Shown piece by piece: positions 45,537 through 54,325 of a stretch of 64,000 nt of DNA. A program made the translations under genes and the position numbers. Within the stretch, counting starts at the first letter, position 1. Every line of letters begins with the position of its first letter. The DNA is taken from NCBI GenBank assembly GCA_044221725.1, contig JBGAON010000004.1:160001-224000 (forward strand), given 5' to 3'. Source of the stretch: Elusimicrobiota bacterium (GTDB lineage: Bacteria; Elusimicrobiota; Elusimicrobia; F11). Under the pieces are notes generated by a model. That model saw only the letters and a program-made list of their open reading frames with translations. It had not been told where the DNA came from and ran no database searches.

Positions 45537-47321
45537 ATGGGCATTCTGCTAAGTGGTCGCAACCTCACAAAAAGTTTTAGTTCTCGTCCGTTGTTCGAAG
45601 GGCTTTCGTTCGGTTTGTTTGAAAACGAACGAACGGGGCTTATCGGTCCGAACGGCGCGGGAAAATCCACGTTGCTAAAAATTATTGCTGGTTTGGAAAA
45701 GCCGGATGCGGGCGAGCTGTCGATGCGACGCGGCTTGCGTGTGAAATATTTGCCGCAACAAGATGTGTTCGACAATGCCACCAGTCGGACCGTGCGCGAC
45801 GAGTTGGTACACGCGCTACAAAATTTGGGTCTCGAAGATTGGGAAGTCGATGTGCGCGTTGACGAGGCTCTGGAAAACAGCGGCTTTAATCCCGATCAGA
45901 AAGTGGCCAGTTTATCGGGCGGTTGGCGCAAACGCCTCGCAATTTTGGGTCAAGTGTTGTGTCAGCCGGATTTGTTGCTATTGGATGAACCGACAAACCA
46001 TCTGGATTTGAACGGTGTCTTGTGGCTCGAGAGGTTTTTGCTCGAACAGAAATTTTCATTTCTCATGATTACGCACGACCGCCGGTTTTTGGAATCGGTT
46101 TCCAATCGCGTGATTGAACTCAACAAACGCTACGAAGACGGCCATTTCTCGAGCGTGGGCAATTACAGCGACTTCATCGAGAGCCGCGAAAAATTGTTTA
46201 GCGCACAGTCTCAGCGCGAAGACGCGACGCGCAACATCGTCCGACAAGAAATCGAATGGCTGCGCAAAGGTCCGAAGGCCCGCACAACGAAACAAAAGGC
46301 CCGCATCGATCGCGCGGGAGAGCTTATCGCGGATCTAAACGAACTTACGTATCGGAACGCGCAAGCAAAAACCGTGAACATTAATTTTTCGAGCAGCGAC
46401 CGTCGCAGCAAAAAGCTCATCGAATGCACGGGTATCGTAAAAAGCATGGGCGGAAAAAAGCTTTTTGGTCCGCTGGATTTTATGATGGGTCCCGGCGACA
46501 AGTTGGGTCTTTTGGGCGGGAACGGAAGCGGAAAGAGCACGCTGCTAAAACTTCTGGCCGGCACGTTGCCGCCCGATTCCGGCACCATCAAGCGCGCCGA
46601 TGCACTAAAGGTAATTACGTTCGATCAACACCGTGAGCAACTGAACAAAGATTGGCCTTTGCGCAAAGCGTTGTGCGAAAACGGCGAGAAAGTGGAATAC
46701 AAAGGCTCGTTCATTCATGTGGCCGGTTGGGCGGCGCGCTTTTTGTTCACAGCGGATCAGTTGGACAAGCCGCTTAGCAAACTTTCGGGCGGCGAACAGT
46801 CGCGCGTGTTGATCGCGCGCCTCATGCTTCGGCCGGCCGATATTTTGTTGCTCGACGAGCCGACGAACGATTTGGATATTAATTCGCTCGACGTGTTGGA
46901 AGCGAGCTTGAAAGATTTTCCCGGTGCGATTGTGCTCGTGACGCACGACCGTTATTTGTTGGACCGCGTCAGCAAACAAATCTTGGCATTGGACGGTAAA
47001 GGCAACGGCCGTTTTTTTGCGGATTTGGATCAATGGGAATCCTCCTTCGCAGACGAAACGGCGTCTGCTACGGAGGACAAGTCCATGCTGCCGACACCGC
47101 CGCTTAGCGAAAAACCCAAACCAGCGAAGAGTTCCAAAGAATTAAGAAAGGTGGAGGAACAGATCCAATTGTTGGAAGCGCAGTGCGAACAAGCAAAAGC
47201 CGCATTGGTTGATCCGGCGATTGCATCGAACGCGGCGGAACTTTTCTCCCGGCAGGAGGTCCTGGCCGCTCTGGAAAAGGAATTAGAAACGCTGATGCAA
47301 CACTGGGAATCGCTTAACTGA
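45537..47321 (+). CDS. ABC-F family ATPase (Uup-like)
   Basis: Two NBDs, KGPKARTTKQKAR linker, C-terminal coiled coil, no TM segments. Confidence 0.9.
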   Translation: MGILLSGRNLTKSFSSRPLFEGLSFGLFENERTGLIGPNGAGKSTLLKIIAGLEKPDAGELSMRRGLRVKYLPQQDVFDNATSRTVRDELVHALQNLGLEDWEVDVRVDEALENSGFNPDQKVASLSGGWRKRLAILGQVLCQPDLLLLDEPTNHLDLNGVLWLERFLLEQKFSFLMITHDRRFLESVSNRVIELNKRYEDGHFSSVGNYSDFIESREKLFSAQSQREDATRNIVRQEIEWLRKGPKARTTKQKARIDRAGELIADLNELTYRNAQAKTVNINFSSSDRRSKKLIECTGIVKSMGGKKLFGPLDFMMGPGDKLGLLGGNGSGKSTLLKLLAGTLPPDSGTIKRADALKVITFDQHREQLNKDWPLRKALCENGEKVEYKGSFIHVAGWAARFLFTADQLDKPLSKLSGGEQSRVLIARLMLRPADILLLDEPTNDLDINSLDVLEASLKDFPGAIVLVTHDRYLLDRVSKQILALDGKGNGRFFADLDQWESSFADETASATEDKSMLPTPPLSEKPKPAKSSKELRKVEEQIQLLEAQCEQAKAALVDPAIASNAAELFSRQEVLAALEKELETLMQHWESLN

Positions 47322-47408
47322 GATACAATCCTCAATCCGTCGAATATGCCACAATCCGATTGCTCCCTCAAAAACCCCTCCCAATAATCTTTTCATTTAG
47401 GGGGATGT

Positions 47409-49205
47409 ATGCTGCACGACTTACTCAAACGTCATTTTGGTTTTGATTCGTTTCGCCCGCTGCAGGAAGAAATCATTCGCGACACGCTCGAAGGACGCGA
47501 TGTGTTCGCGCTGTTGCCGACCGGCGGTGGAAAATCTCTCTGCTTTCAACTTCCCGCACTGGCGCGCGATGGGCTGACGCTCGTCATCTCTCCGTTAATC
47601 GCATTAATGAAAGACCAGGTTGACGCCCTTGTCGCCAACGGAATTTCCGCAACGTTTTTAAACTCCAGCGTGACGCCAGAGGAAAGCGCCAAACGTCACC
47701 GCGCCCTTAACGAAGGGAAAATTCGGCTCCTATATATGGCGCCGGAGCGACTGATGATTCCGGGCGTGCTCGACCAGGTGCGGTCATGGAACGTGAAACT
47801 CTTCGCGGTCGACGAAGCCCACTGCATCAGCGAATGGGGACACGACTTCCGTCCTGATTACCGCCAGCTTATGAATCTCCGCGCGCTTTTTCCGCAGACA
47901 CCGGTGATGGCGCTCACGGCGACCGCGACGGGTCGCGTGCGAAAAGACATTATCCGATTGCTCGGTCTTGCGAATGGGAAGTCGTACGTCGCAAGCTTTA
48001 ATCGACCGAACCTTATTTACCGCGTTCGCCCGAAGAGCAACGCCCCAGCGCAGGTGCTTTCCTTTTTGCGCGAGAGGTCCGGGGAATCTGGAATCGTTTA
48101 CTGCGCAAGTCGGCAGGGCTGTGAGGATCTAGCGGATCGGCTCGCCGAGGCCGGTATAAAAGCAAAAGCCTACCATGCGGGTTTGTCCATCGACGTGCGT
48201 TCGCGTCACCAAGAAGAATTTCTTCGCGACGACGTAACGGTGATTTGCGCGACGATCGCTTTTGGCATGGGAATTAACAAGTCAAACGTCCGGTTCGTCG
48301 TGCATTACGATTTGCCAAAGAACATCGAAGGTTATTATCAGGAAACGGGCCGCGCCGGTCGCGATGGGCTGGCGAGCGAATGCTTGCTGCTGTTCAATCC
48401 CGGCGATGTTCAGAAGCAATTGCGTTTCATCAATGAGAAGAGCGATCCGGTGGAACAACAAGTGGCGCACCGCCAGTTGCAAGATATGGTCCATTATGCC
48501 GAGACAACCCAATGCCGTCGCGCGCACCTGCTCGGTTACTTTGGCGAGGGAGCGCCGTCATCGTGTGAAGCATGCGACAACTGCCTCACACCGCGCTCGC
48601 GGTTCGACGGCACTATCGCCGCACAGAAGTTCTTGTCTTGCGTAGTTCGCATTCGTCAAAAAAGTGGTTTCTCCGTTGGGTTGAACCACGTCGTTGATGT
48701 GTTGCGCGGAGCGAAATCCGAAAAAATCGAGCGCTGGGGTCACGATACGCTGTCGACTTATGCGATCGGAAAAGAATTCGGAAAACGTGAATGGCAAGCG
48801 CTCGGTCGTGAACTTTTGCGCATGGGTTTCGTCGCACAATCGGAGGGAACGTTTGCAACACTCGACGTGACGCCCGAAGGCCGCACGCTTCTCGCCGAGC
48901 GCCGCTCCTTGCAGCTCACGCAGCCGATGCTTCCGACCGCCCGCGAACGCCGCGAAAAAATCTCAGCGACATCGCCCGTAAACGAAACGCTCTTCCAACG
49001 CCTCCGCCAACTGCGCCGCACCCTCGCTGACAGCGCCGACGTCCCCGCCTACATCGTCTTCTCCGACGCCACGCTCCGCGAAATGGCCGCCCGCGCCCCG
49101 CAAACTCTAGAAGAACTATCGCGCGTGAACGGAGTAGGAGAGAAAAAACTCAAAGCCTACGGCGAAGCGTTCTTGGAAGAGATCCGGTCGCATGGCGCGA
49201 CGTGA
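47409..49205 (+). CDS. recQ: ATP-dependent DNA helicase RecQ
   Basis: PTGGGKSLC, DEAHCISEWGHDFRP, QETGRAGRDG, Zn/RQC cysteines, HRDC. Confidence 0.96.
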   Translation: MLHDLLKRHFGFDSFRPLQEEIIRDTLEGRDVFALLPTGGGKSLCFQLPALARDGLTLVISPLIALMKDQVDALVANGISATFLNSSVTPEESAKRHRALNEGKIRLLYMAPERLMIPGVLDQVRSWNVKLFAVDEAHCISEWGHDFRPDYRQLMNLRALFPQTPVMALTATATGRVRKDIIRLLGLANGKSYVASFNRPNLIYRVRPKSNAPAQVLSFLRERSGESGIVYCASRQGCEDLADRLAEAGIKAKAYHAGLSIDVRSRHQEEFLRDDVTVICATIAFGMGINKSNVRFVVHYDLPKNIEGYYQETGRAGRDGLASECLLLFNPGDVQKQLRFINEKSDPVEQQVAHRQLQDMVHYAETTQCRRAHLLGYFGEGAPSSCEACDNCLTPRSRFDGTIAAQKFLSCVVRIRQKSGFSVGLNHVVDVLRGAKSEKIERWGHDTLSTYAIGKEFGKREWQALGRELLRMGFVAQSEGTFATLDVTPEGRTLLAERRSLQLTQPMLPTARERREKISATSPVNETLFQRLRQLRRTLADSADVPAYIVFSDATLREMAARAPQTLEELSRVNGVGEKKLKAYGEAFLEEIRSHGAT

Positions 49206-49218
49206 TGTGGAGAAGTCG

Positions 49219-49800
49219 CTAAATTGTGAGCGAACCGCGAAATGCGCGCGCGGCGTAGTAAGACTCGGCTCCGTTGTGATACGTGAACACGGTGTTGTAG
49301 CGGCGATCACAGAAGATGGCGCCGCCTCGTTTCCGAATTTCCGCCGGCGTTTTTACCCAACTAGATGTTTTTGTGTCGAATTCGCCAAGCGTCTGCAACA
49401 TTCGATACTGATCTTCTGTTAGAACTTCGATTCCCATCGCGGTCGCCATATTTATGGCGCTATCTTTTGGTTTAAACTCTTTTCTGGCCTTAAACGCTTC
49501 ATGGTCGTAGCAGAAGCTTCTGCGGCCTTTCGGACTTTCTTCCGAGCAATCAAAAAAAATGTATTCGTCCGTCTTCTTGTCGTAACCCACAACATCCGGT
49601 TCGCTGCCGGTTCGTTCCATTTCGCTGAGCGACCACAGGCCGGGATCGTTCGCTTGAAGCCTCGCCTCTACGTCCGACCACTTGATACCGAGGTGACGAT
49701 TCTCGTTTTTTTCAAAACGTGATTTCACGACTCGTATTACCTCGTCGCGTTCTTTTGGCGACAAATCCTTTTTTTCCCTTCGCGTTGTCTGTGATTTCAT
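49219..49800 (-). CDS. DUF4256 family protein
   Basis: RFEKN..RH, EMERTG.EPDVV, FDTKTSSW, YHNGAESYYAARAFRG. Confidence 0.85.
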   Translation of the reverse strand: MKSQTTRREKKDLSPKERDEVIRVVKSRFEKNENRHLGIKWSDVEARLQANDPGLWSLSEMERTGSEPDVVGYDKKTDEYIFFDCSEESPKGRRSFCYDHEAFKARKEFKPKDSAINMATAMGIEVLTEDQYRMLQTLGEFDTKTSSWVKTPAEIRKRGGAIFCDRRYNTVFTYHNGAESYYAARAFRGSLTI

Positions 49801-49850
49801 GGCCAGGCCCCGTCCTTTGTTATTCCGACCTCGCGATAATCGGTTTCATG

Positions 49851-50345
49851 CTATCCGCGACGCGCGGCTTCGATTTTTGCAATGTCGATTTTGACCATGT
49901 CCATCATGGCGTTCATCGCACGTTTCGCGGCAGTGGTGTTCGGGTCATTGATCGCTTCGACGAGCACGCGCGGCACAATTTGCCAGCTTAAACCAAACTT
50001 ATCTCTGCACCAGCTGCAAGCGACCGCCTGACCGCCGTTCGTAACGATGGCGTCCCAGTAACGGTCGGTTTCCTCTTGGGTATCGGTGAACACTTGAAAA
50101 GAAATGGCGTTGGTGAACGCAACGCCCGGTCCGCCGTTTAAGCCAACGAAGGCTTGCCCCAAAACGGTGAATTCAACCGTGAGCACGTCGCCCGCCTTGC
50201 CGTTCGGATAGTCGGTTGGAGATTTGTGCACGGCGACAACGCGGCTGTCGGGAAATGTTTTCGCGTAAAAGTTGGCTGCTTCCTCTGCGTTTTTATTGAA
50301 CCACAGACAGGTTGCGATAGCGGTTTTGCGGGTTTCTTTTTTCAT
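49851..50345 (-). CDS. VOC/PhnB-like protein
   Basis: CLWFN..AEEAA.FY, GLNGGP, DKFGLSWQIVP, MVKIDIA. Confidence 0.88.
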   Translation of the reverse strand: MKKETRKTAIATCLWFNKNAEEAANFYAKTFPDSRVVAVHKSPTDYPNGKAGDVLTVEFTVLGQAFVGLNGGPGVAFTNAISFQVFTDTQEETDRYWDAIVTNGGQAVACSWCRDKFGLSWQIVPRVLVEAINDPNTTAAKRAMNAMMDMVKIDIAKIEAARRG

Positions 50346-50465
50346 AAGCGCCTCCGAGTCGAATGTTAAAAACAATTCTACGAACTATTTTGGGCAGGCG
50401 GTTCCCAAGGCGTGGGCGGTTTCTTGAAGTTCGTCATAATGAGAACGAACCGCGTTTCCGCCTGG

Positions 50466-50870
50466 TTATGATGGGTGCGAAATTTTTTTCGCCCGAGCGA
50501 TCGATTTGCGAACGTCCACTTCACTGATGGCAATTCGTGGATCGGCCGCCAACGCTAGCGAATAATACCCGACAAATTCCTTGTTTTCGCCGTCCAACAA
50601 GTTGACAAGCTTGGCGAGCGTTGGCGCTGCATCAAGCGGTTTGTCTCTGTTGCGGACCGACAAGAGCTCATCAATTTCGGCGATGATCGAAGAAAGTCCG
50701 CGCAGCCACTGGAACCGTTCGTCTTTGATCGCTTTGTTGAGCGCCTCGTACGGATCGTATTTTCTGCCGTCTTGTTCTTGCGCGCGCTTGAGCTGATAAT
50801 CCATGAGTCCCTTGTGGTGGACAATGAGATAACGGCTCAGTTGCTGAAGTTCGTGTCGTGCGTCGTCCAT
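50466..50870 (-). CDS. Hypothetical protein
   Basis: HK.L.D...FQWLRGLS..IA.IDE pattern; start uncertain. Confidence 0.55.
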   Translation of the reverse strand: MDDARHELQQLSRYLIVHHKGLMDYQLKRAQEQDGRKYDPYEALNKAIKDERFQWLRGLSSIIAEIDELLSVRNRDKPLDAAPTLAKLVNLLDGENKEFVGYYSLALAADPRIAISEVDVRKSIARAKKISHPS

Positions 50871-50892
50871 GGGTGTTCGCAGTGACGAAGTT

Positions 50893-51099
50893 TTATTTCT
50901 TTTGCTTCTTGCGCCACTCCGAGGTTGGCAAGCCAGCAAAACCCCAGTTATCCAATTCCACCTCGTCGATTACGATGTGGGTCTTTTGTGGGTCCTTGTT
51001 CAGCACGCGCACCATCGTCTCTGTGATTTCTTTGATGACCTGCGCTTTCTGTTTTTTGGTGACGTTGTCTTTCAGGATACGAACATTGATGTACGGCAT
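50893..51099 (-). CDS. 4-oxalocrotonate tautomerase family protein
   Basis: N-terminal MP, QK..VI..IT, IDEV...NWG.AG. Confidence 0.9.
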   Translation of the reverse strand: MPYINVRILKDNVTKKQKAQVIKEITETMVRVLNKDPQKTHIVIDEVELDNWGFAGLPTSEWRKKQKK

Positions 51100-51140
51100 G
51101 GGGCAATCCTCGCTCTATTAGTAATGTGCCAATCGCTATT

Positions 51141-51872
51141 CTATTGCATGTTTCGAAAGTAAAGTTCTCCCCAAAAGGGAATGGCTCTGATCCGGTTGTC
51201 GCTATTGGCGGACAACGGTGTTTCAGTAAGGCCCAGCAATTTACGGAATTCGTTTAATAAATAGATTCGCAGGTCTTCACCATAGACGATGATGTCCGAC
51301 TGATGGATAGAAAAAACGGGATTGCCGGATTGGCACGGATCAATCAGTAGGTAGCGGTGAGAAAAAATGGGTATCAGTCGCGGAGCTTTTTTGACCAACT
51401 CTTGAACACGGGTGGCTCGTGCCTCTGCATCCGACGGTTTTGGTCCCCAAGATTTCAGCCAAAAATTATTGTTTTCGACATCAAAGACGATTCCCTGCCA
51501 AAGCCAGTCCAATTTCTCTTCAATTTCTTTTTTATCCGTCAGGTAGTTATAAAAGGATGGGACGTTGACCAGTGTTGGTTCATCAGAGGAGCTGCTATAT
51601 TTTTCCACTTCGAGCGGCTTGTTCGTGGTGAAAAGCGTTTTTAAAAACAGCCGATAATCATCGGGAAACTTAACTCCCCAAATCGATTCCATTTTCAGAA
51701 TATCGGATTCCGAAGCCCCATTCAGCCATTTCGTGCCCTTCTGCCAAGGGTGCGGCTCAATCCTCTCGCCAGTAAGTGAATCGGTAACGAGATATTTTTC
51801 CCAGGCAGCTTCCGTGGCTTGTTTGAATTCGTTGAGAAACACGGCGTCAAATTTCCCGGAAAACTGTGTCAT
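51141..51872 (-). CDS. SMI1/KNR4 (SUKH) family immunity-like protein
   Basis: GASESDI..ME..WGVKFPDDYRLFL; APRLIPIFSHRY, GNPVFSIHQSDIIVYG. Confidence 0.8.
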   Translation of the reverse strand: MTQFSGKFDAVFLNEFKQATEAAWEKYLVTDSLTGERIEPHPWQKGTKWLNGASESDILKMESIWGVKFPDDYRLFLKTLFTTNKPLEVEKYSSSSDEPTLVNVPSFYNYLTDKKEIEEKLDWLWQGIVFDVENNNFWLKSWGPKPSDAEARATRVQELVKKAPRLIPIFSHRYLLIDPCQSGNPVFSIHQSDIIVYGEDLRIYLLNEFRKLLGLTETPLSANSDNRIRAIPFWGELYFRNMQ

Positions 51873-51924
51873 TTAGAACCTCCATCACGTGCCCGGAATG
51901 ATCTGTAAAGCATGTAACTCGAAT

Positions 51925-52011
51925 CGGAGAGGGTGAGATTCGAACTCACGAGACCCTTGCAGGCCTGCCCGCTTTCAAGGCGGGTCCATTCGACCGCTCT
52001 GGCACCTCTCC
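51925..52011 (-). tRNA. tRNA-Ser (anticodon TGA), CCA not encoded
   Basis: GGAGAGG/CCTCTCC acceptor, CCCGC-CTTGAAA-GCGGG anticodon arm, long variable arm, GTTCGAATC T-loop. Confidence 0.96.
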
Positions 52012-52024
52012 AAAAACCATTTCG

Positions 52025-52285
52025 TTATTCGTCTATTTTTATTCCCCAAACTCCTGCTTTTGCGATTGTCTTGCCGGTGAAAGTATCTTGGATTTCAATG
52101 CGCCCCGACCCATTGGTTGCTTGCTTCCAGCCGGTTAGCATAGACGATAAAAATTGTTCCTTTTGAGTGGCGCGCAGAGCATTCCATTTCCTATTAGCCC
52201 TAAAAGAAAGCAAATTATCTTCTACCCTCGTTTCCTCAAGGCCAAGTGTCGCGAAGAGATTTCCTTCCTTTTTCAATTTTTTCAA
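52025..52285 (-). CDS. Hypothetical protein or 3' gene fragment
   Basis: Open frame extends upstream only to an in-frame TAA; weak start. Confidence 0.35.
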   Translation of the reverse strand: MKKLKKEGNLFATLGLEETRVEDNLLSFRANRKWNALRATQKEQFLSSMLTGWKQATNGSGRIEIQDTFTGKTIAKAGVWGIKIDE

Positions 52286-52457
52286 AAATTCATCCCTTGC
52301 TTTTGAATCTGGCTGTGGGATTGGTGTTTAAAATTGTCGTGTTCTGTTTACAACTCTCTACAACCGCCGCAAGTTTCGTGCCGATTGTAGCTCATTCTCG
52401 ACACGCGATAGAGAGTGTGTTCCTTGAACCTCGCGCAATTCGCACTATAATTCGCGA

Positions 52458-53414
52458 ATGCGTCAGAAATGCTCCGTCATTGTTCTGTTCGTTTTTGCCA
52501 TGGTCTCTTTCTCCTTTGCAGAGGACCGCTTCGAAACCTTTTTTTCCCCGACAAATTCGGCTTCATTTATGTTGGTCGATGAACCCGGACGAAACAACAC
52601 GCCGGATATTGTTCAGATGTCGGCACGGGGAACGTGGATCGCGTCCAAGAGCGAAAGAAATAAGTGGACTGTGAGTGGTCTTGCAGCTCGCACACAATTT
52701 GAGCACAGTGTTCTCATTCCGCCCACCGGACCAGTTTTTCCTGACCGGCTTTCCGAACTAAGCGGAGGCATTGGATTTTTAAATAAAACGGACGATCGCC
52801 GCTTGCAAGGTGTGAATGTCGCAATCGGTTCGGCCAGCGACCAAATGTTCCAGTCGATTCGTGAAACGGAGATAAATATCACCGGAAGTGCCATGCGACC
52901 GAGTGGCCCGACGAACGCATGGATTTTTCTTTTTAATTATTCGAACAATCGTCCTTTTTTAAACAACATTCCACTCCCCGGCGTTGCGTACATGTGGTTT
53001 AAACCAAAAAAAGGTTTCCGAGCAATTGTTGGCTTTCCGTTTATGATGGTGAGATATCAAAAAGGGGCGTGGACATCGTCCGCTGCGTTGGTGGGAAGCA
53101 CGAATTATTCGGCGTCGCTCGCGCGCCGTCTGAAAGGTCCGTTTGAAACCTATTTGGGGTTCGAGCGATCCCCGCAACAGTGGCTGCGTGCCGGACGCGA
53201 CGACAACAAAAAGCGGCTTATTTACGACGAGAATAAATTTCTGTGGGGTTTCCGAGGTCCGCTGAGCAAAGCGGTAACGCTCGATGGCGCTGTCGGTCGC
53301 ACGTTCACGCGTCGTCTGTTCGAAGCGAAAGACGCCACGCATGACGCATCAAAGGTTCATCTCGATGAGGCTTGGCTCTTCGCTTTAAAGCTCAATGCCA
53401 AGTGGGGAAAATAA
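52458..53414 (+). CDS. Putative outer-membrane beta-barrel protein
   Basis: Signal peptide, amphipathic strands, aromatic residue near the C-terminus. Confidence 0.6.
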   Translation: MRQKCSVIVLFVFAMVSFSFAEDRFETFFSPTNSASFMLVDEPGRNNTPDIVQMSARGTWIASKSERNKWTVSGLAARTQFEHSVLIPPTGPVFPDRLSELSGGIGFLNKTDDRRLQGVNVAIGSASDQMFQSIRETEINITGSAMRPSGPTNAWIFLFNYSNNRPFLNNIPLPGVAYMWFKPKKGFRAIVGFPFMMVRYQKGAWTSSAALVGSTNYSASLARRLKGPFETYLGFERSPQQWLRAGRDDNKKRLIYDENKFLWGFRGPLSKAVTLDGAVGRTFTRRLFEAKDATHDASKVHLDEAWLFALKLNAKWGK

Positions 53415-53417
53415 AGC

Positions 53418-54281
53418 CTAGAAGCCGACCTTCCCATACAGCTGAAATCCGGTGTACGCGTAATCAATTTTCCCGCGCAAGTCGACACCGGGGAAGTGCG
53501 CGCCTTTTCCGTCCATCGAAAGTTGCATGTTGTCCATGGCCACGCCCAGCGCGAAATGTTTCACGACCGCGTACTCCACGCCGCCGCGCATTTCCATCAG
53601 CCGTCCCGCAAAACCGTCTGAGCCAAACGCAAAAATTTGCGAGCTGCTGCGGAATGTCCATTTGGGCCAAAGCGCCACGTCGAGCCGGAGCCCAGCCACC
53701 GGTAACGGCGCCGTCAAATTGAAGGAGCGCGACGTATCGAACAGTCCGCTGGACTTCAATCCAAAATCGATTGGCATCAAATAGAGTCCGCCGATCACGG
53801 CGAAGTCAACGCGTTGATCTTGGACGAACGAATAACTGTAGGCGAGTTCAATAATATCAAGGTTCAAGTGGCTGTCGACGTCGCTGCCTGTTGGGATAGT
53901 GATGACGTTTCCGTTATCGGTAGTGTATTGAATGTCTTGGCCAAGTTTTGTGTGCGCGCTGCGGCGCAGAGCGAACCAGGACGCATCCACTCGGTGCTTG
54001 TGATTTTGTGTGAACCGCCAAAAACCTTCCGTTCGGAAAACCGATGTGCGATGTTCGAGTGCCAAGGTATCTTCGAGATCAATGTCCAAACCTAAGCCAC
54101 TTCCCAAGCGAACGGAAGTGTCCGAGTCCGAAGCAAATACACCGAGGGACAAGGCGGCTGTCTCCGATGCCGGACCCTCAATCGTTTTTGCGGTTTCCGT
54201 TGCGGCGTAAGCGCGCGCAATTCCCAACGCAACCAACGTTGTCGCTATCACCAAGTATTTTCTGTTGCGCATAAACAACAT
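53418..54281 (-). CDS. Putative outer-membrane beta-barrel protein
   Basis: Signal peptide, APLPVAGL, terminal YTGFQLYGKVGF; AAGGAGG SD. Confidence 0.7.
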   Translation of the reverse strand: MLFMRNRKYLVIATTLVALGIARAYAATETAKTIEGPASETAALSLGVFASDSDTSVRLGSGLGLDIDLEDTLALEHRTSVFRTEGFWRFTQNHKHRVDASWFALRRSAHTKLGQDIQYTTDNGNVITIPTGSDVDSHLNLDIIELAYSYSFVQDQRVDFAVIGGLYLMPIDFGLKSSGLFDTSRSFNLTAPLPVAGLRLDVALWPKWTFRSSSQIFAFGSDGFAGRLMEMRGGVEYAVVKHFALGVAMDNMQLSMDGKGAHFPGVDLRGKIDYAYTGFQLYGKVGF

Positions 54282-54325
54282 GGCCTCCTTATTTTTTTGA
54301 AATTTTCGCACTCGAAATTGTGGGC

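Noticed and set aside
51925..52011. Prophage or ICE integrated at tRNA-Ser
   Set aside because: No integrase, phage genes or duplicated tRNA 3' end noticed in the window (visual check only).
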